Assembly: GCA_964460985.1 (NCBI GenBank)
Contig: CAYWQX010000005.1
Span: 26,987-90,986, forward strand
Direction of reading: 5' to 3'
From: an uncultured bacterium
Lineage (GTDB): Bacteria > Chlamydiota > Chlamydiia > Chlamydiales > Parachlamydiaceae
DNA length: 64,000 nt
A program made the translations under genes and the position numbers. This document shows, piece after piece, positions 37,701-40,882 of this stretch; within the stretch, counting starts at the first letter, position 1; the number at the start of each line of letters is the position of its first letter. Under the pieces are notes generated by a model, which was not told the origin of the DNA, did no database searches, and saw only the letters and a list, made by a program, of their open reading frames with translations.

Positions 37701-40700
37701 ATCGTATCGTTATCGGATAATGTTCCATCGGAGGTCATTATATTCAATGACGCAGAGCCTGAAAAATTAGGCGTAGGGGTAAATGAAAGTCCATTTAAAG
37801 CAGCGTTAATCTGACTCGAAGTGCCGCTAAAGGTCATTAAACTGTCGGCAGTCCCATCTCCGCTTGAAAAACTTAAGCCTGTTAATTGACTTAAGGTGAT
37901 AACGCCATTTGTGGCTGTTAGAGTAACGGTTAAAGTAGAATTCTCGGCATCTGAAACGCTAATTTGTCTTCCAAGGGAAGAGGAAAAAATAAGAGCCGTA
38001 TCTTCATTAACCGATTGCGAAGAGGGAACTTGATTAATGGGTGCATCATTGACCGCATTGACAGTAATAGATACCGTTTCAGTATCTGTGAGCGCGCCGC
38101 CCGATCCAATATTACCAAGGTCGTTAGCAATAATTTGAAGAGAAGCAGATCCACTGAAATCGGCCGATCCCTGAAAACTAAGGGTTAAAAGAGAGGCATT
38201 AATGTCACTGATAGTTCCCGTGAAAGTCATGCTCCCATCAGCCACGCCATCACCATTTGTAAAGGTAAGGCCGCTAATTGATCCAAGAGTCAATAACCCG
38301 TTTGTAGCTGTCAAAATGATTTGATAGTTTCCGGAGCTTCCGTCAATATCTGAAAGCTGAATTTTATTGCTTCCCGATAAAGCAATAGAGGTGTCCTCAT
38401 TTACACTTAAAGAGGTAGGATAGGAAAGGACGGGGGCGTCATTAACAGCTCCCACACTCAATGTGACCGTTTTTGTGAAAGTTCCTCCTGTTCCATCATT
38501 TAAAGTATAGGTAAAGGTATCAGTTCCATTGAAATTGGCGTTCGGAGTGTATTGGAACGAGCCGTCTGAGTTTAGATAGTTTAAAGTTCCGTTAGATGGG
38601 TTAGTCCAACCCGCGATAAAAACAGAATTTGGAGTTTCTGCATCAGAGACTCCTGCCATCAAACCGGAGGAACTATTTACGGTCAGGACTGCATCCTCCG
38701 TTGCATTATAAGTTTTATCACCTACAGTCGGATCAGAGTTGGTTGGATTATAACCCCATAACTCACGGCCTGTAGCTCCCGTGCCGGTTCCGGTATTAGC
38801 TGAGAAATAGAGAGTGCTTCCAGAAATCGTTAAACTGGCAGGAGAGGAACCTGAAGATCCAGATAAAATATCTTTCACCATCAACGTTCCGGCCGAAGTT
38901 CCGTCCGACACCCACAGCTCTGTTCCATTAGATCCATTGGTGGCTGTAAAGTAGACAAGACCATTATAAGCAATTAAATTAGCCGCCCCTGAGGAGCCTG
39001 TCGCACTGATTTCTTTGACTAAAACAGTGCCGCCTGAAGTCCCATCCGATTTGAAGAGTTCTATGTTGGTAGATGTAGAACTGCCGGCGGTAAAATATAA
39101 AACTCCATTGTTATTAACGAGGTTGGAAGGGGTCGATCCGGTTGTTCCTGATATAATATCCCTAACGATGTAAGTTCCGGCAGAGGTCCCATCCGATCTC
39201 CACAATTCTGAGCCTTCAGCTGTAGTCGTCGCTCTAAAGTATAAAAGATTATCTACGGCAGTCAAACTGCCTGCAGAAGATCCTGTTGCACCCGTGTTAA
39301 TATCCCTGACTAATACTGTGCCGCTCGATGTTCCGTCGGACTTCCAAAGTTCTTGCCCCTCATTAGAGGTGGTGGCAAGGAAGTAAAGGGTGCCATTGAC
39401 GTTCGTGAGGGCGGTAGGGGAGGAGCTTGAGGAGCCTGAAGACCTGATATCTTTAACTAGAACAGTCCCATTAGAGGTGCCATCCGATTTCCAGAGTTCT
39501 ACCCCTTTTGATCCATCGTTTGCGGTAAAATAAAGAGTGTTTCCAATCGCTAAAAAGTTAGCCGGGCTTGAACTTCCCGAGCCCGATCGAATATCTTTTA
39601 CTATTACAGTTCCGTTAGATGTTCCATCCGACTTCCAAAGCTCAACCCCGTTGGTTGAATTGTTAGCGGCAAAGAAGAGGGTGCCGTTTACATTGGTAAG
39701 GGAAGTGGGAGAGGCGCTAGAAGTTCCGGATCGAATATCTTTAACTAGTACAGTGCCATCAGCAGTACCATCGGACTTCCAGAGTTCTACCCCATTGCTG
39801 GCGGTTGTCGCAGTGAAAAATAAAGTGCCGTTTACATTGGTTAAATTGCTCGGGCTTGAGTTGGCTGTACCGGTATTGATATCTTTTACAAGGACAGTCC
39901 CTGCAGCGGTTCCATCGGTTTTCCAAAGCTCTGTTCCATTCGTGCTATCGGTGGCGGTGAAAAACAATGTCCCGTCAACATCTCTAAAGTTGACAGGATT
40001 GGAGGAGCCTGTTCCTGAGACGATGTCATTCACCAGATAGACGGTATTATCTAAAACACCCACCCAATTATCTAGTTGAGATGCATTGAAATAGGTCACT
40101 TTAGCATCGATATTTCCCTCTTCTAAAGTCCAGTTGCCCCCGAGAAGCTCCGATCCTGTGAGGTCGGTAGAGGCGGCAATCGATACAAAGTGGCCAGACG
40201 AAGTGTCGTCGATAAAAGTGTCTAGGTGTTTCACGAGATCAAGACCTGCTTGATCGCTCGCTACATTACAGGCAAGTAAATCAATCCGCCCTTCGTTTTT
40301 TACCAAGCTTGAAACATCTTTCCAAAAGGTTTGAAGCTGGGCATCCGATTCGAGTCCTTGCATGGACATTGTTTTCGAAGCAGTAAGAGAAAACTCCGCA
40401 TCCGAGCCGTAGCTTACAAAGGCGATCGAATCGGCTTTTTGGCCTCCTAGTTTATCGGAGATCTGTTGATAGATATCCTCAAGCGAGCTTTTTGAGGCGT
40501 CATAGGTCACTATTTTGACATCATCACGGGTTGACTGGGCTAGAATATCGACGTTTTTAACCTGAGAGGATAAAACAATAACTTTTACCGGCTCTTTATT
40601 AGTCTGCAGGGCATCAGAGCCATGGTCGCTATCACCGAGCGCTTGAGGGGCGTTCTTCTCGCTTTGTTGATTCTGGGACTCCGATCCGCTTTGTTTGGAC

Positions 40701-40882
40701 TCGGCTGTTTGATGATTGCTATCATTTTGCTGTTTTTGCGCTTCCGCCTGTTTTTGGACTTGATGCTCCTGTTCTTGAGCGGCTGCCTGATTGGAAATAT
40801 CTGCCGCTGCAGCGGCATCAAGGAGGATCCTTTCTTCCAGGGGTATGATTCTTAAAGGGACTCCGCCTTGATCATTCTTCAT
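10790..40882 (-). CDS. Giant (10,030 aa) repetitive adhesin-like surface/secreted protein: LEPR-XLL motif, DUF4347-like domain, ELWxxDGT repeats, ~70 Ig/cadherin-like repeats
   Basis: Single uninterrupted 30,093-nt ORF with an ATG start in an ATGA overlap with the upstream TolC-like gene. From N to C:
- N-terminus PLRIIPLEERILLDAAAA (LEPR-XLL type), then a Q/E/S-rich linker.
- A DUF4347-like block ending LLGGNWTLEEG.
- 8-9 copies of [ST]ELW[KR]SDGT.
- A ~372-nt tandem array with (V/I)ND(A/T/N)P junctions.
- Two cadherin-like domains and a ~150-aa non-repetitive tail. Confidence 0.95.
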   Translation of the reverse strand: MKNDQGGVPLRIIPLEERILLDAAAAADISNQAAAQEQEHQVQKQAEAQKQQNDSNHQTAESKQSGSESQNQQSEKNAPQALGDSDHGSDALQTNKEPVKVIVLSSQVKNVDILAQSTRDDVKIVTYDASKSSLEDIYQQISDKLGGQKADSIAFVSYGSDAEFSLTASKTMSMQGLESDAQLQTFWKDVSSLVKNEGRIDLLACNVASDQAGLDLVKHLDTFIDDTSSGHFVSIAASTDLTGSELLGGNWTLEEGNIDAKVTYFNASQLDNWVGVLDNTVYLVNDIVSGTGSSNPVNFRDVDGTLFFTATDSTNGTELWKTDGTAAGTVLVKDINTGTANSSPSNLTNVNGTLFFTATTASNGVELWKSDGTADGTVLVKDIRSGTSSASPTSLTNVNGTLFFAANNSTNGVELWKSDGTSNGTVIVKDIRSGSGSSSPANFLAIGNTLYFTANDGSKGVELWKSDGTSNGTVLVKDIRSSGSSSSSPTALTNVNGTLYFLATTSNEGQELWKSDGTSSGTVLVRDINTGATGSSAGSLTAVDNLLYFRATTTAEGSELWRSDGTSAGTYIVRDIISGTTGSTPSNLVNNNGVLYFTAGSSTSTNIELFKSDGTSGGTVLVKEISATGSSGAANLIAYNGLVYFTATNGSNGTELWVSDGTSAGTLMVKDILSGSSGSSPASLTISGSTLYFSANTGTGTGATGRELWGYNPTNSDPTVGDKTYNATEDAVLTVNSSSGLMAGVSDAETPNSVFIAGWTNPSNGTLNYLNSDGSFQYTPNANFNGTDTFTYTLNDGTGGTFTKTVTLSVGAVNDAPVLSYPTSLSVNEDTSIALSGSNKIQLSDIDGSSGNYQIILTATNGLLTLGSISGLTFTNGDGVADGSMTFTGTISDINASLLTLSFQGSADFSGSASLQIIANDLGNIGSGGALTDTETVSITVNAVNDAPINQVPSSQSVNEDTALIFSSSLGRQISVSDAENSTLTVTLTATNGVITLSQLTGLSFSSGDGTADSLMTFSGTSSQINAALNGLSFTPTPNFSGSASLNIMTSDGTLSDNDTIAITVNSVNDAPINNLPAAQTIAEEGTLSFNATNGNQISISDVDNTTSTVTLTVANGTLTLATKTGLTFSTGNGTSNSIMVFSGSVSNINAALNTLSYNPTTNFSGTDTLQISSSDGLTNTTDNLTINVTNVNDAPIATGPSLNQTVSEDTALIFSTANNNAFTVADVDNSNLTVTLTAVSGQISLASTTGLNFSVGNGTNNSSMTFSGASSAINAALNGMSFIGSPNYNGSASVQLSVSDGEFNDSKTAVINITAVNDAPVNTVPVAQVVNEDTTLVFSSANSNAISINDIDNSNATVTLTATNGALTLSSLTGLTFTTGDGTLDGTMTFSGTQSAINTALNGLQFIPTANYNGSASIQISTNDGFTTDTDSINITISAVNDAPINTVPVAQVVNEDTTLVFSSANSNAIAINDVDSNSVTVTLTSSNGVLSLSRTTGLSFSNGDGASDAAMTFTGTQANINAALNGLQFIPSANYNGSASVQIVTTDGTLTDTDTVNINIAAVNDAPINTVPVAQVVSEDTTLVFSSANSNAISINDIDNTNVTVTLTATNGALTLSGITGLTFTAGDGTSDGTMTFSGTQSAINTALNGLQFIPTANYNGSASVQIVTNDGSTTDTDNINITINAVNDAPVNSVPVAQVVNEDTTLVFSSANSNAISINDVDNTNVIVTLTATNGALTLNGTTGLTFTAGDGTADGTMTFSGSQSAINTALNGLQFIPTANYNGSASVQIVTNDGSTTDTDNINITINAVNDAPVNTVPVAQVVSEDTTLVFSSANSNAISINDVDNTNVTVTLTSTNGALTLSRITGLSFSAGDGTSDSSMTFSGTQANINAALNGLQFIPATNYNGSASIQIVTNDGSTTDTDNINITVNAVNDAPVNSVPVAQMVNEDTTLVFSTANSNAISLSDVDNTTVTVTLTATNGALTLNGTTGLTFTAGDGTSDGTMTFTGTQSAINTALNGLQFIPTANYNGSASVQIVTNDGSTNDTDNINITINAVNDAPVNSVPVAQVVNEDTTLVFSTANSNAVSINDVDNTNVTVTLTATNGALTLSGITGLTFTAGDGTSDGTMTFSGTQSAINTALNGLQFIPTANYNGSASVQIITNDGSITDTDNINITVNAVNDAPVNTVPGAQTVNEDTPLVFNGNISINDVDSSIVTVTLNATNGVLTLSGITGLSFTAGDGTSDSTMTFSGTQGNINAALNGLTFLPSSNYNGSASIQVVTTDGSITDTDNININVSAVNDAPVNSIPVTQIVNEDTPLVFSSANSNAITVSDVDTGSVTVTLTAANGVLTLGSITGLTFQTGDGTSDGTMKFTGTQAAVNSAMNGLQFIPAANYNGSASLQVITTDGSLTDTDTININITPVNDNPVNTVPVAQVVNEDTPLVFSTANSNAISLSDVDNTTVTVTLTATNGALTLNGTTGLTFTAGDGTSDGTMTFTGTQSAINTALNGLQFIPTTNYNGSASVQIVTNDGSSTDTDSVNITINAVNDAPVNSVPVAQVVNEDTTLVFSTANSNAISLNDVDNTTLTVNLTATNGALTLNGTTGLTFTAGDGTSDSTMTFTGTQSAINTALNGLQFIPTANYNGSASIQIVTNDSSITDTDNVNITVNPVNDAPINTVPIAQVVNEDTTLIFSTANSNAISLSDVDNTSVTVTLTATNGTLTLNGITGLNFSNGDGTSDGTMTFSGTQANINAALNGLQFIPTANYNGSASIQIVTNDGSITDTDNINITVNPVNDAPINTVPVAQVVNEDTTLIFSTANSNTISINDIDNSNVTVTLTATNGALTLNGITGLTFTAGDGTSDGTMTFIGTQSAINTALNGLQFIPTANYNGPASVQIMTNDGSTTDTDNVNIAVNAVNDTPVNSVPVAQVVNEDTTLVFSTANSNAISLSDVDNTTVTVTLTATNGALTLNGTTGLTFTAGDGTSDGTMTFTGTQSAINTALNGLQFISTANYNGSASVQIVTNDGSTTDTDNINITVNAVNDAPVNTVPGAQTVNEDTPLVFNGNISINDVDSSTVTVTLTATNGALSLSRITGLSFTTGDGTTDSTMTFSGTQANINAALNGLTFLPISNYNGSASIQVLTTDGSITDTDNINITVNPVNDAPLNTVPVTQVVNEDTTLVFSSANSNAITVSDVDTGSVTVTLTAANGVLTLGSITGLTFQTGDGTSDGTMKFTGSQAAVNTALNGLQFIPAANYNGSASLQVITTDGSLTDTDTININITPVNDNPVNTIPVAQVVNEDTTLVFSTSNSNAISLSDVDNTTVTVTLTAINGSLTLNGITGLTFTAGDGSSDGTMTFSGTQSAINTALNGLQFLPNSNFNGSASVQLTTTDGSLTDTDNINITVNPVNDAPINTVPVAQMVNEDTTLIFSTANSNAISINDIDNSNATVTLTATNGVLTLSRITGLTFTAGDGSSDGTMTFSGTQANINAALNGLQFTPTTNYNGSASVQIVTNDGSTTDTDNVNIAVNAVNDTPINSLPEAQTISEDTPLVFNGNLSINDVDSPTVTVTLTATNGALTLSGTSGLIFLEGSGSSDTTMTFTGTQANINAALNGLIFQPKENYNGSASIQVVTTDGSLSDSGLINIQVEAVNDDPINTIPVSQTVDAGKTLSFSLANSNPITLTDIDSEVVTVTLTATNGSLTINRVPGVEIDSLSGETLYFTGKIADVNNALNTLLFTTSDKNTGSASIQIETNDGKLSDSDIIHIDIQDAKALYNNVPVSQVIDKDTNLVFSSETANAISIINVTQERIEVTLSATNGTLEIGNQEGVEVTINRDGSFTLIGGSKEINKTLHSLTFRPSENYTGSASVTISTSDGKQSDTDTINIYINEPNRALINTVPSAQFMYEDSELAFSDKNGNTISLQYEGREEVIVTLTATNGSLILSDFKNIEILAGDKEGSSITLKGFAADINSALQSLTFTGLSDFNGSASLQIVTQTEGYQDVDNINIQIEAVNDAPVNQVPVAQSMSEDTPLVFSTANSNAITLADIDNTEITVQLIATNGLLTLGSTEGITFLEGNGSSNSVMQFSGTSTSINNALNGLSFLPNSNYNGSASLSITTSDGELSSTDVVDITVNPVNDAPINSVPVAQVVNEDTALVFSIANSNAISLNDVDNTTVTVTLAATNGALTLSRTTGLTFSAGDGTSDGTMTFSGTQVNINAALNGLQFIPTANYNGSASVQIITNDGSITDTDNINITVNAVNDAPVNSVPVAQVVNEDTPLVFSTANSNAISLNDVDSTNVTVTLNATNGALTLSRITGLTFTAGDGTSDGTMTFSGTQANINAALNGLQFIPNANYNGSASLQIITNDGSITDTDNINITVNAVNDAPINTIPGAQTVNEDTPLIFNGNISINDIDNSTVTVTLTATNGALTLSRITGLSFTAGDGTSDSTMTFTGTQANINAALNGLTFLPSANYNGSASIQVVTTDGSITDTDNINITVNAVNDAPVNSVPVTQVVNEDTPLVFSSANSNAITVSDVDTGSVTVTLTATNGLLTLGNLTGLTFQTGDGISDGTMKFIGSQAAVNTALNGLQFIPAANYNGSASLQVITTDGSLTDTDTININITPVNDNPVNSVSVAQVLNEDTTLVFSTANSNAISLSDVDNTIVTVTLTATNGTLTLNGTTGLTFTAGDGTSDGTMTFTGTQSAINTALNGLSLLPNSNFNGSASVQITTTDGSLTDTDSINITVNPVNDAPINTIPVAQVVNEDTPLVFSNANSNAISLNDVDNTTVTVTLTATNGALTLNGITGLTFTAGDGTNDGTMTFTGTQSAINTALNGLQFIPTANYNGSASVQIVTNDGSTTDTDNINITVNAVNDAPVNTVPGAQTVNEDTPLVFNGNISINDVDSSTVTVTLTATNGALSLSRITGLSFTTGDGTTDSTMTFSGTQANINAALNGLQFIPTANYNGSASIQVVTTDGSITDTDNINITVNAVNDAPVNSVPVTQVVNEDTPLVFSSANSNAITVSDVDTGSVTVTLTATNGLLTLGNLTGLTFQTGDGISDGTMKFIGSQAAVNTALNGLQFIPAANYNGSASLQVITTDGSLTDTDTININITPVNDNPVNSVSVAQVLNEDTTLVFSTANSNAISLSDVDNTIVTVTLTATNGTLTLNGTTGLTFTAGDGTSDGTMTFTGTQSAINTALNGLQFTPIANYNGSASVQIVTNDGSTNDTDNINITVNAVNDAPVNSVPVAQVVNEDTTLVFSTANSNTISINDVDNSTVTVTLSATNGALTLNGTTGLTFTAGDGTSDSTMTFNGTQSAINAALNGLQFIPNVNYNGSASVQIVANDGATTDTDNINITVNAINDAPINTVPVAQVVNEDTTLIFSGANSNAITVSDVDNGSVTVTLTATNGFLTLNGTTGLTFTIGDGTSDGTMTFTGTQSAINTALNGLQFIPTANYNGSASVQIVTNDGSITDTDNINITINAVNDAPVNSVPVAQVVNEDTTLVFSTANSNAISINDVDNSTVTVTLSATNGVLTLNGTTGLNLTTGDGIADGTITFSGTQTTINNALNGLQFLPNSNYNGSASIQIITTDGSITDTDNINITVNAVNDTPINTVPVAQTVNEDTPLVFNGNISINDIDNSTVTVTLTATNGALTLSRITGLSFTTGDGTSDSTMTFSGTQANINAALNGLTFLPNSNYNGSASIQVVTTDGSLTDTDNINISVNAVNDAPVNSIPVAQVINEDTPLVFSSVNSNAITLNDVDNTNVMVTLTATNGALTLNGFTGLTFTAGDGTSDASMTFSGTQTAINNALNGLQFIPNSNFNGSASVQITTTDGSLTDTDSISITVNPVNDAPINSVPVAQVVNEDTTLVFSTSNSNAISLSDVDNTTVTVTLTAINGSLTLNGITGLTFTAGDGISDGTMTFSGTQANINAALNGLQFIPTANYNGSASVQIITNDGSITDTDNINITVNAVNDAPVNSVPVAQVVNEDTALVFSSANSNAISINDIDNSNVTVTLTATNGALTLNGTTGLTFTAGDGTSDGTMTFSGTQTAINTALNGLQFIPTANYNGSASLQIITNDGSITDTDNINITVNAVNDAPVNSVPVAQVVNEDTPLIFSTVNSNSISINDIDNTTVSVTLTATNGALTLNGTTGLTFTAGDGTSDGTMTFSGTQTAINTALNGLQFIPTANYNGSASLQIITNDGSITDTDNINITVNAVNDAPVNCVPVAQVVNEDTPLIFSTANSNAISLDDVDNTTVTVTLTATNGVLTLNGTTGLIFTNGDGASDSTMTFTGIQSAINQALNGLQFSPTANYNGSASVQIVTNDGSITDTDNINITVNAVNDAPVNSVPVAQVVNEDTTLVFSNANSNAISLNDVDNTIVIVTLSATNGALTLNGTAGLTFTVGDGTSDEMMTFSGTQTAINTALNGLQFSPTANYNGSASVQIVTNDGSITDTDNINITVNAVNDTPINTVPEAQTVSEDTPLIFNGNISINDVDSTSVTVTLTATNGALTLSRTTGLTFTAGDGISDSTMTFTGTQTNINAALNGLTFLPNSNYNGSASVQIVTTDGSLTDTDNINITVHAVNDTPINTIPVAQITNEDTALIFSSANSNAITISDVDSVSVTVTLTATNGILSLGSLTGLTFETGNGTSDGTMTFTGTQAAINTALNGLQFIPTANYNGSASIQVVTTDGSLTDSDTISITINPVNDSPINSVPVAQVVNEDTALIFSTANSNAISLSDVDSSTVTVTLTATNGDLTLNGTTGLTFIAGDGTSDGTMTFSGTQTAINTALNGLSFLPNSNYNGSASVQIITTDGSLTDIHSINITVNPVNDTPLNTVPVAQVVNEDTALVFSTANSNALAVNDIDNESITVTLTATNGSISLNGTTGLIFTAGDGESDSTMTFNGTQAAINRALNGLSFIPNSNYNGPASVQMITTDGILSDIDNVNITINPINDAPFNQVPVAQTVNEDTPLIFSQANGNALRLTDIDSPVVTVTLNATNGLISLSGISGLTFSQGDGESDQTVTFSGNQNDINAALEGLQFTPAENYNGSASLQMITQDGSLTDIDSVNILVIPVNDVPINQVPQAQFINEDTELVFSSIHSNAITLMDIDSPTVTVTLTATHGVLSLSGISGLSFSDGDGLSDSTMTFTGTPSAINQALNGLKFLGSTDYNGSASIQIITNDGSLTDIDNINITINPVNDTPINLVPQAQVVDEDTPLIFSSVHSNAITVSDVDNVTVTVTLTSTNGHLSLNGITGLTFLRGSGTNDESMTFSGSQSAINQALNGLKFIGRENYNGSASVQINSTDGFMTDTSSVNITINPVNDTPYNRVPVAQVMNEDSTLVFSQATSNAITINDVDNANVTVTLTTTNGFLTLSSTSGLTFQAGDGVSDTAMTFSGTKEFINTALDGLQYTPISNYNGPASIQIVTTDGELIDTDNINIAINAINDQPFNTVPASLSISEETPLFFTGSNLISVADVDNSELTVTLNANNGTLTLSQITGLTFITGDGTSDSSMTFSGSSTNINNALNGMKFLGVSDYNGSASVQIITSDGELTDIDNINITITPVNDAPLNTVPVAQMVDEDTPLIFSQSQSNAISIADVDNSLLTVTLTATQGALSLSSVAGLSFTVGDGTFDTTMTFSGASSDINHALNGLVFLANKDFNGEASLHISTTDGTLTDSETVNITVNPVNDSPINSVPVAQVINEDSILTFSSVFSNQISINDVDSPIVTVTLTATNGDITLNGTSGLTFTSGDGVSDETMTFLGTQADINTALNGLKFLGKENYTGSSSLQITTYDGALTDSDSINIHITPVNDAPINNLPVAQVVSEDTPLVFPGTLSISDVDSPLVTVTLTATHGTLSLSQIAGLFFTEGDGASDTTMTFTGTQRDINSALNGLEFLGQENYHGSASIQIMTQDGDLTDTGNINIHITPVNDNPIQILPTLETTDEDTPLLFAGTVQVADIDSPVLTVTLTATNGSLTLSQMNDLQFAIGDGASDTTMTFTGTREDINTALNGLRFNPNENYHGSASIQMTTTDGFLSDTGNINIIINPVNDAPFNLVPVAQSVVEDGTLVFSSLNSNSIQIKDVDSPIVTITITATNGSLTLSQLTGLTFINGKGADDSTMTFSGSQANVNAALNGLQFTPETNYNGFSTLQITTNDGTLTDTSLVNIQVEAVNDTPINNLPAAQVVSEDTALIFSTAHSNAISLSDVDSSELTVTLTSTHGTLSLSGILGLTFTVGDGISDSTMTFSGSLTAINTALNGLSFMPLSNYNGSSSIEIVSTDGSLTDTQLLNITVLPVNDTPFNQVPQAQIVNEDTALIFSSANLNAITLEDVDSLAVTVTLSASNGNLTLSGIEGLTFLSGDGISDSTMTFSGSLSAINRALDGLQYMPDQDYNGPSSIQIITSDGTLTDTSNINITVTPVNDSPVISVPVAQVVNEDSELVFSSANSNLISITDIDSSEWTVTLTATNGSLTLNGITHLTFIEGDGLSDSTMTFKGSPSDINLALDGLVFAPSSDYNGSSLIQVVSSDGTLTDIKNINLSVNAVNDSPVNNVPVAQIVSEDTPLIFSSANANAISIIDIDSPIVTVTLNAANGTLSLNSLEGLNFTVGDGLNNTSMTFSGTLADINQALEGLRFLPDSNYNGSASIQIITNDGSLTETSQVNISVHAVNDHPVNTVPSAQTVNEDTPLIFSQQNSNAISLSDVDNPSITVTLTATNGSLTLNGITGLTFTAGDGYSDNTMTFTGSKEDINRALEGLEFLPNRNFNGSSSLQISTSDGEFTDVDHINIQVNAVNDAPVHQIPGPQVTNEDTSIVIPINVSDIDSDEVTIQLATQHGSITLNGTQGLTFVNGQNDSSTMTFSGTLESVNQALSGLKFNPDLNYNGTTSLQITSDDGNLSTLSSIDITINAVNDAPINTIPVSQIVQEDQTLVFSSSHLNAITINDVDSPVITVTLTAQNGLLTLAGTTGLTFIAGDGISDQTMRISGSKEAVNLALNGLTFDPVQDYNGPAQIQITTEDGALEDISTILIDVTAQNDQPVQSLPQSQSVNEDVSLIFSTSNGNAISVLDIDSSSVTVTLTSTNGLLTLNGLSGLTFTKGDGTLDSTMTFSGSLLAINTALNGLAFNANPDFEGSASLSVTTTDGSLTDTGLINIHVNAVNDAPFSIIPSLQAVQEDTTLIFSPENSNAIIVQDIDSSEVTVTLSASNGTLVLSQVSGIHFSAGTGSNDSTMTFTGNTADINLALDGLKFIPTKDYNGSAAIQVTVSDQNLSETKTINIQISPINDQPTSQVPSTQSTLEDTGIVFSQENGNALQVNDIDNTTLTVTLSAPDGKITLSGLEGLTFIQGTGTNDSTLIFSGTAFSINQALNGLLFTPGLNFNGSTTMEFTANDGDMTTQKFIPIDVNQVNDAPTLQVPGPQSSNEDTPLVFSDATQNPIYVEDIDNPILTVTLSVGSGTLTLGSLDGITILDNTAGNLAIRGSTQDINKALNGLTFRADANYNGDILLNIRTDDGDKSTLKSISIHLESVNDTPVNLIPAAQTINEDTSLIFSQANGNQIQITDIDGLTGDYKVTLISTHGKLTLSTLQGLTLLTGSGTGDSVMEITGSIQDINQALNGLKFDPTANYNGSAVISIQTQELSTDAMLSASDTIALTIHPINDAPLATDKSYSFVSGNQLQVSSEIGLLSGSSDVENNPLQSILVEQPKNGILILYTDGSFRYTPNANFSGVDTFTYKVTDGNGDSEVHTITLNVIQTAANNPLSLNISLTPKVEFVTLDETRNGIISTIPDIVQPKNTVVKLQDIQIPALNEAGAPSIKLITKPVHGEISQETGWKYQSTPGYIGKDSFVYSIQINGIVIIQHVTVDIRSSHNATNAIQEPFIAKGVDEALAYIGKMTQGAVTFSNVTPLAAMSQMVVKHEKENAVPSSQNDGLNAPDNDKIVNTVAAIAITMDPADLPEGISSFESTEGDTSTNLVLEALKKASQTKPPK
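11790..38445 (-). repeat. Intragenic tandem array, period 372 nt (124 aa) with a 360-nt short variant; about 70 units
   Basis: Consensus unit: VNDAPVNSVPVAQVVNEDTTLVFS-ANSNAIS-DVDN--VTVTLTATNGALTL-G-TGLTFTAGDGTSDGTMTF-GTQ-AINTALNGLQFIP-ANYNGSAS-QIVTNDGS-TDTDNINITVNA. The antisense ORFs in the track recur every 372 nt. The unit count is estimated from length divided by period, not counted one by one. Confidence 0.9.
38750..40050 (-). repeat. ELWxxDGT-type repeats (8-9 units of ~47-50 aa), probable beta-propeller region of the giant protein
   Basis: TELWKTDGTAAGT, VELWKSDGTADGT, VELWKSDGTSNGT (x2), QELWKSDGTSSGT, SELWRSDGTSAGT, IELFKSDGTSGGT, TELWVSDGTSAGT and RELWGYNPT. Each is followed by V-[KR]-DI and preceded by LYF/LFFTA. 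Confidence 0.8.

Noticed and set aside
10842-40855. Dozens of 60-167-aa plus-strand ORFs spaced every ~372 nt
   Set aside because: They are antisense to the 30-kb giant ORF and simply echo its repeat periodicity. Their near-identical translations (…PSEVPSPAVKVSPV…) arise because the repeat's antisense frame lacks stops.
10790-40882. Giant protein as an RTX-type substrate of the nearby C39-ABC/HlyD/TolC exporter
   Set aside because: I found no GGxGxD nonapeptide repeats near the C-terminus. The C39 domain of the ABC exporter also retains its catalytic Cys, whereas exporters of RTX or giant adhesins typically carry an inactive C39-like domain. The three GG-leader peptides are much better substrate candidates.
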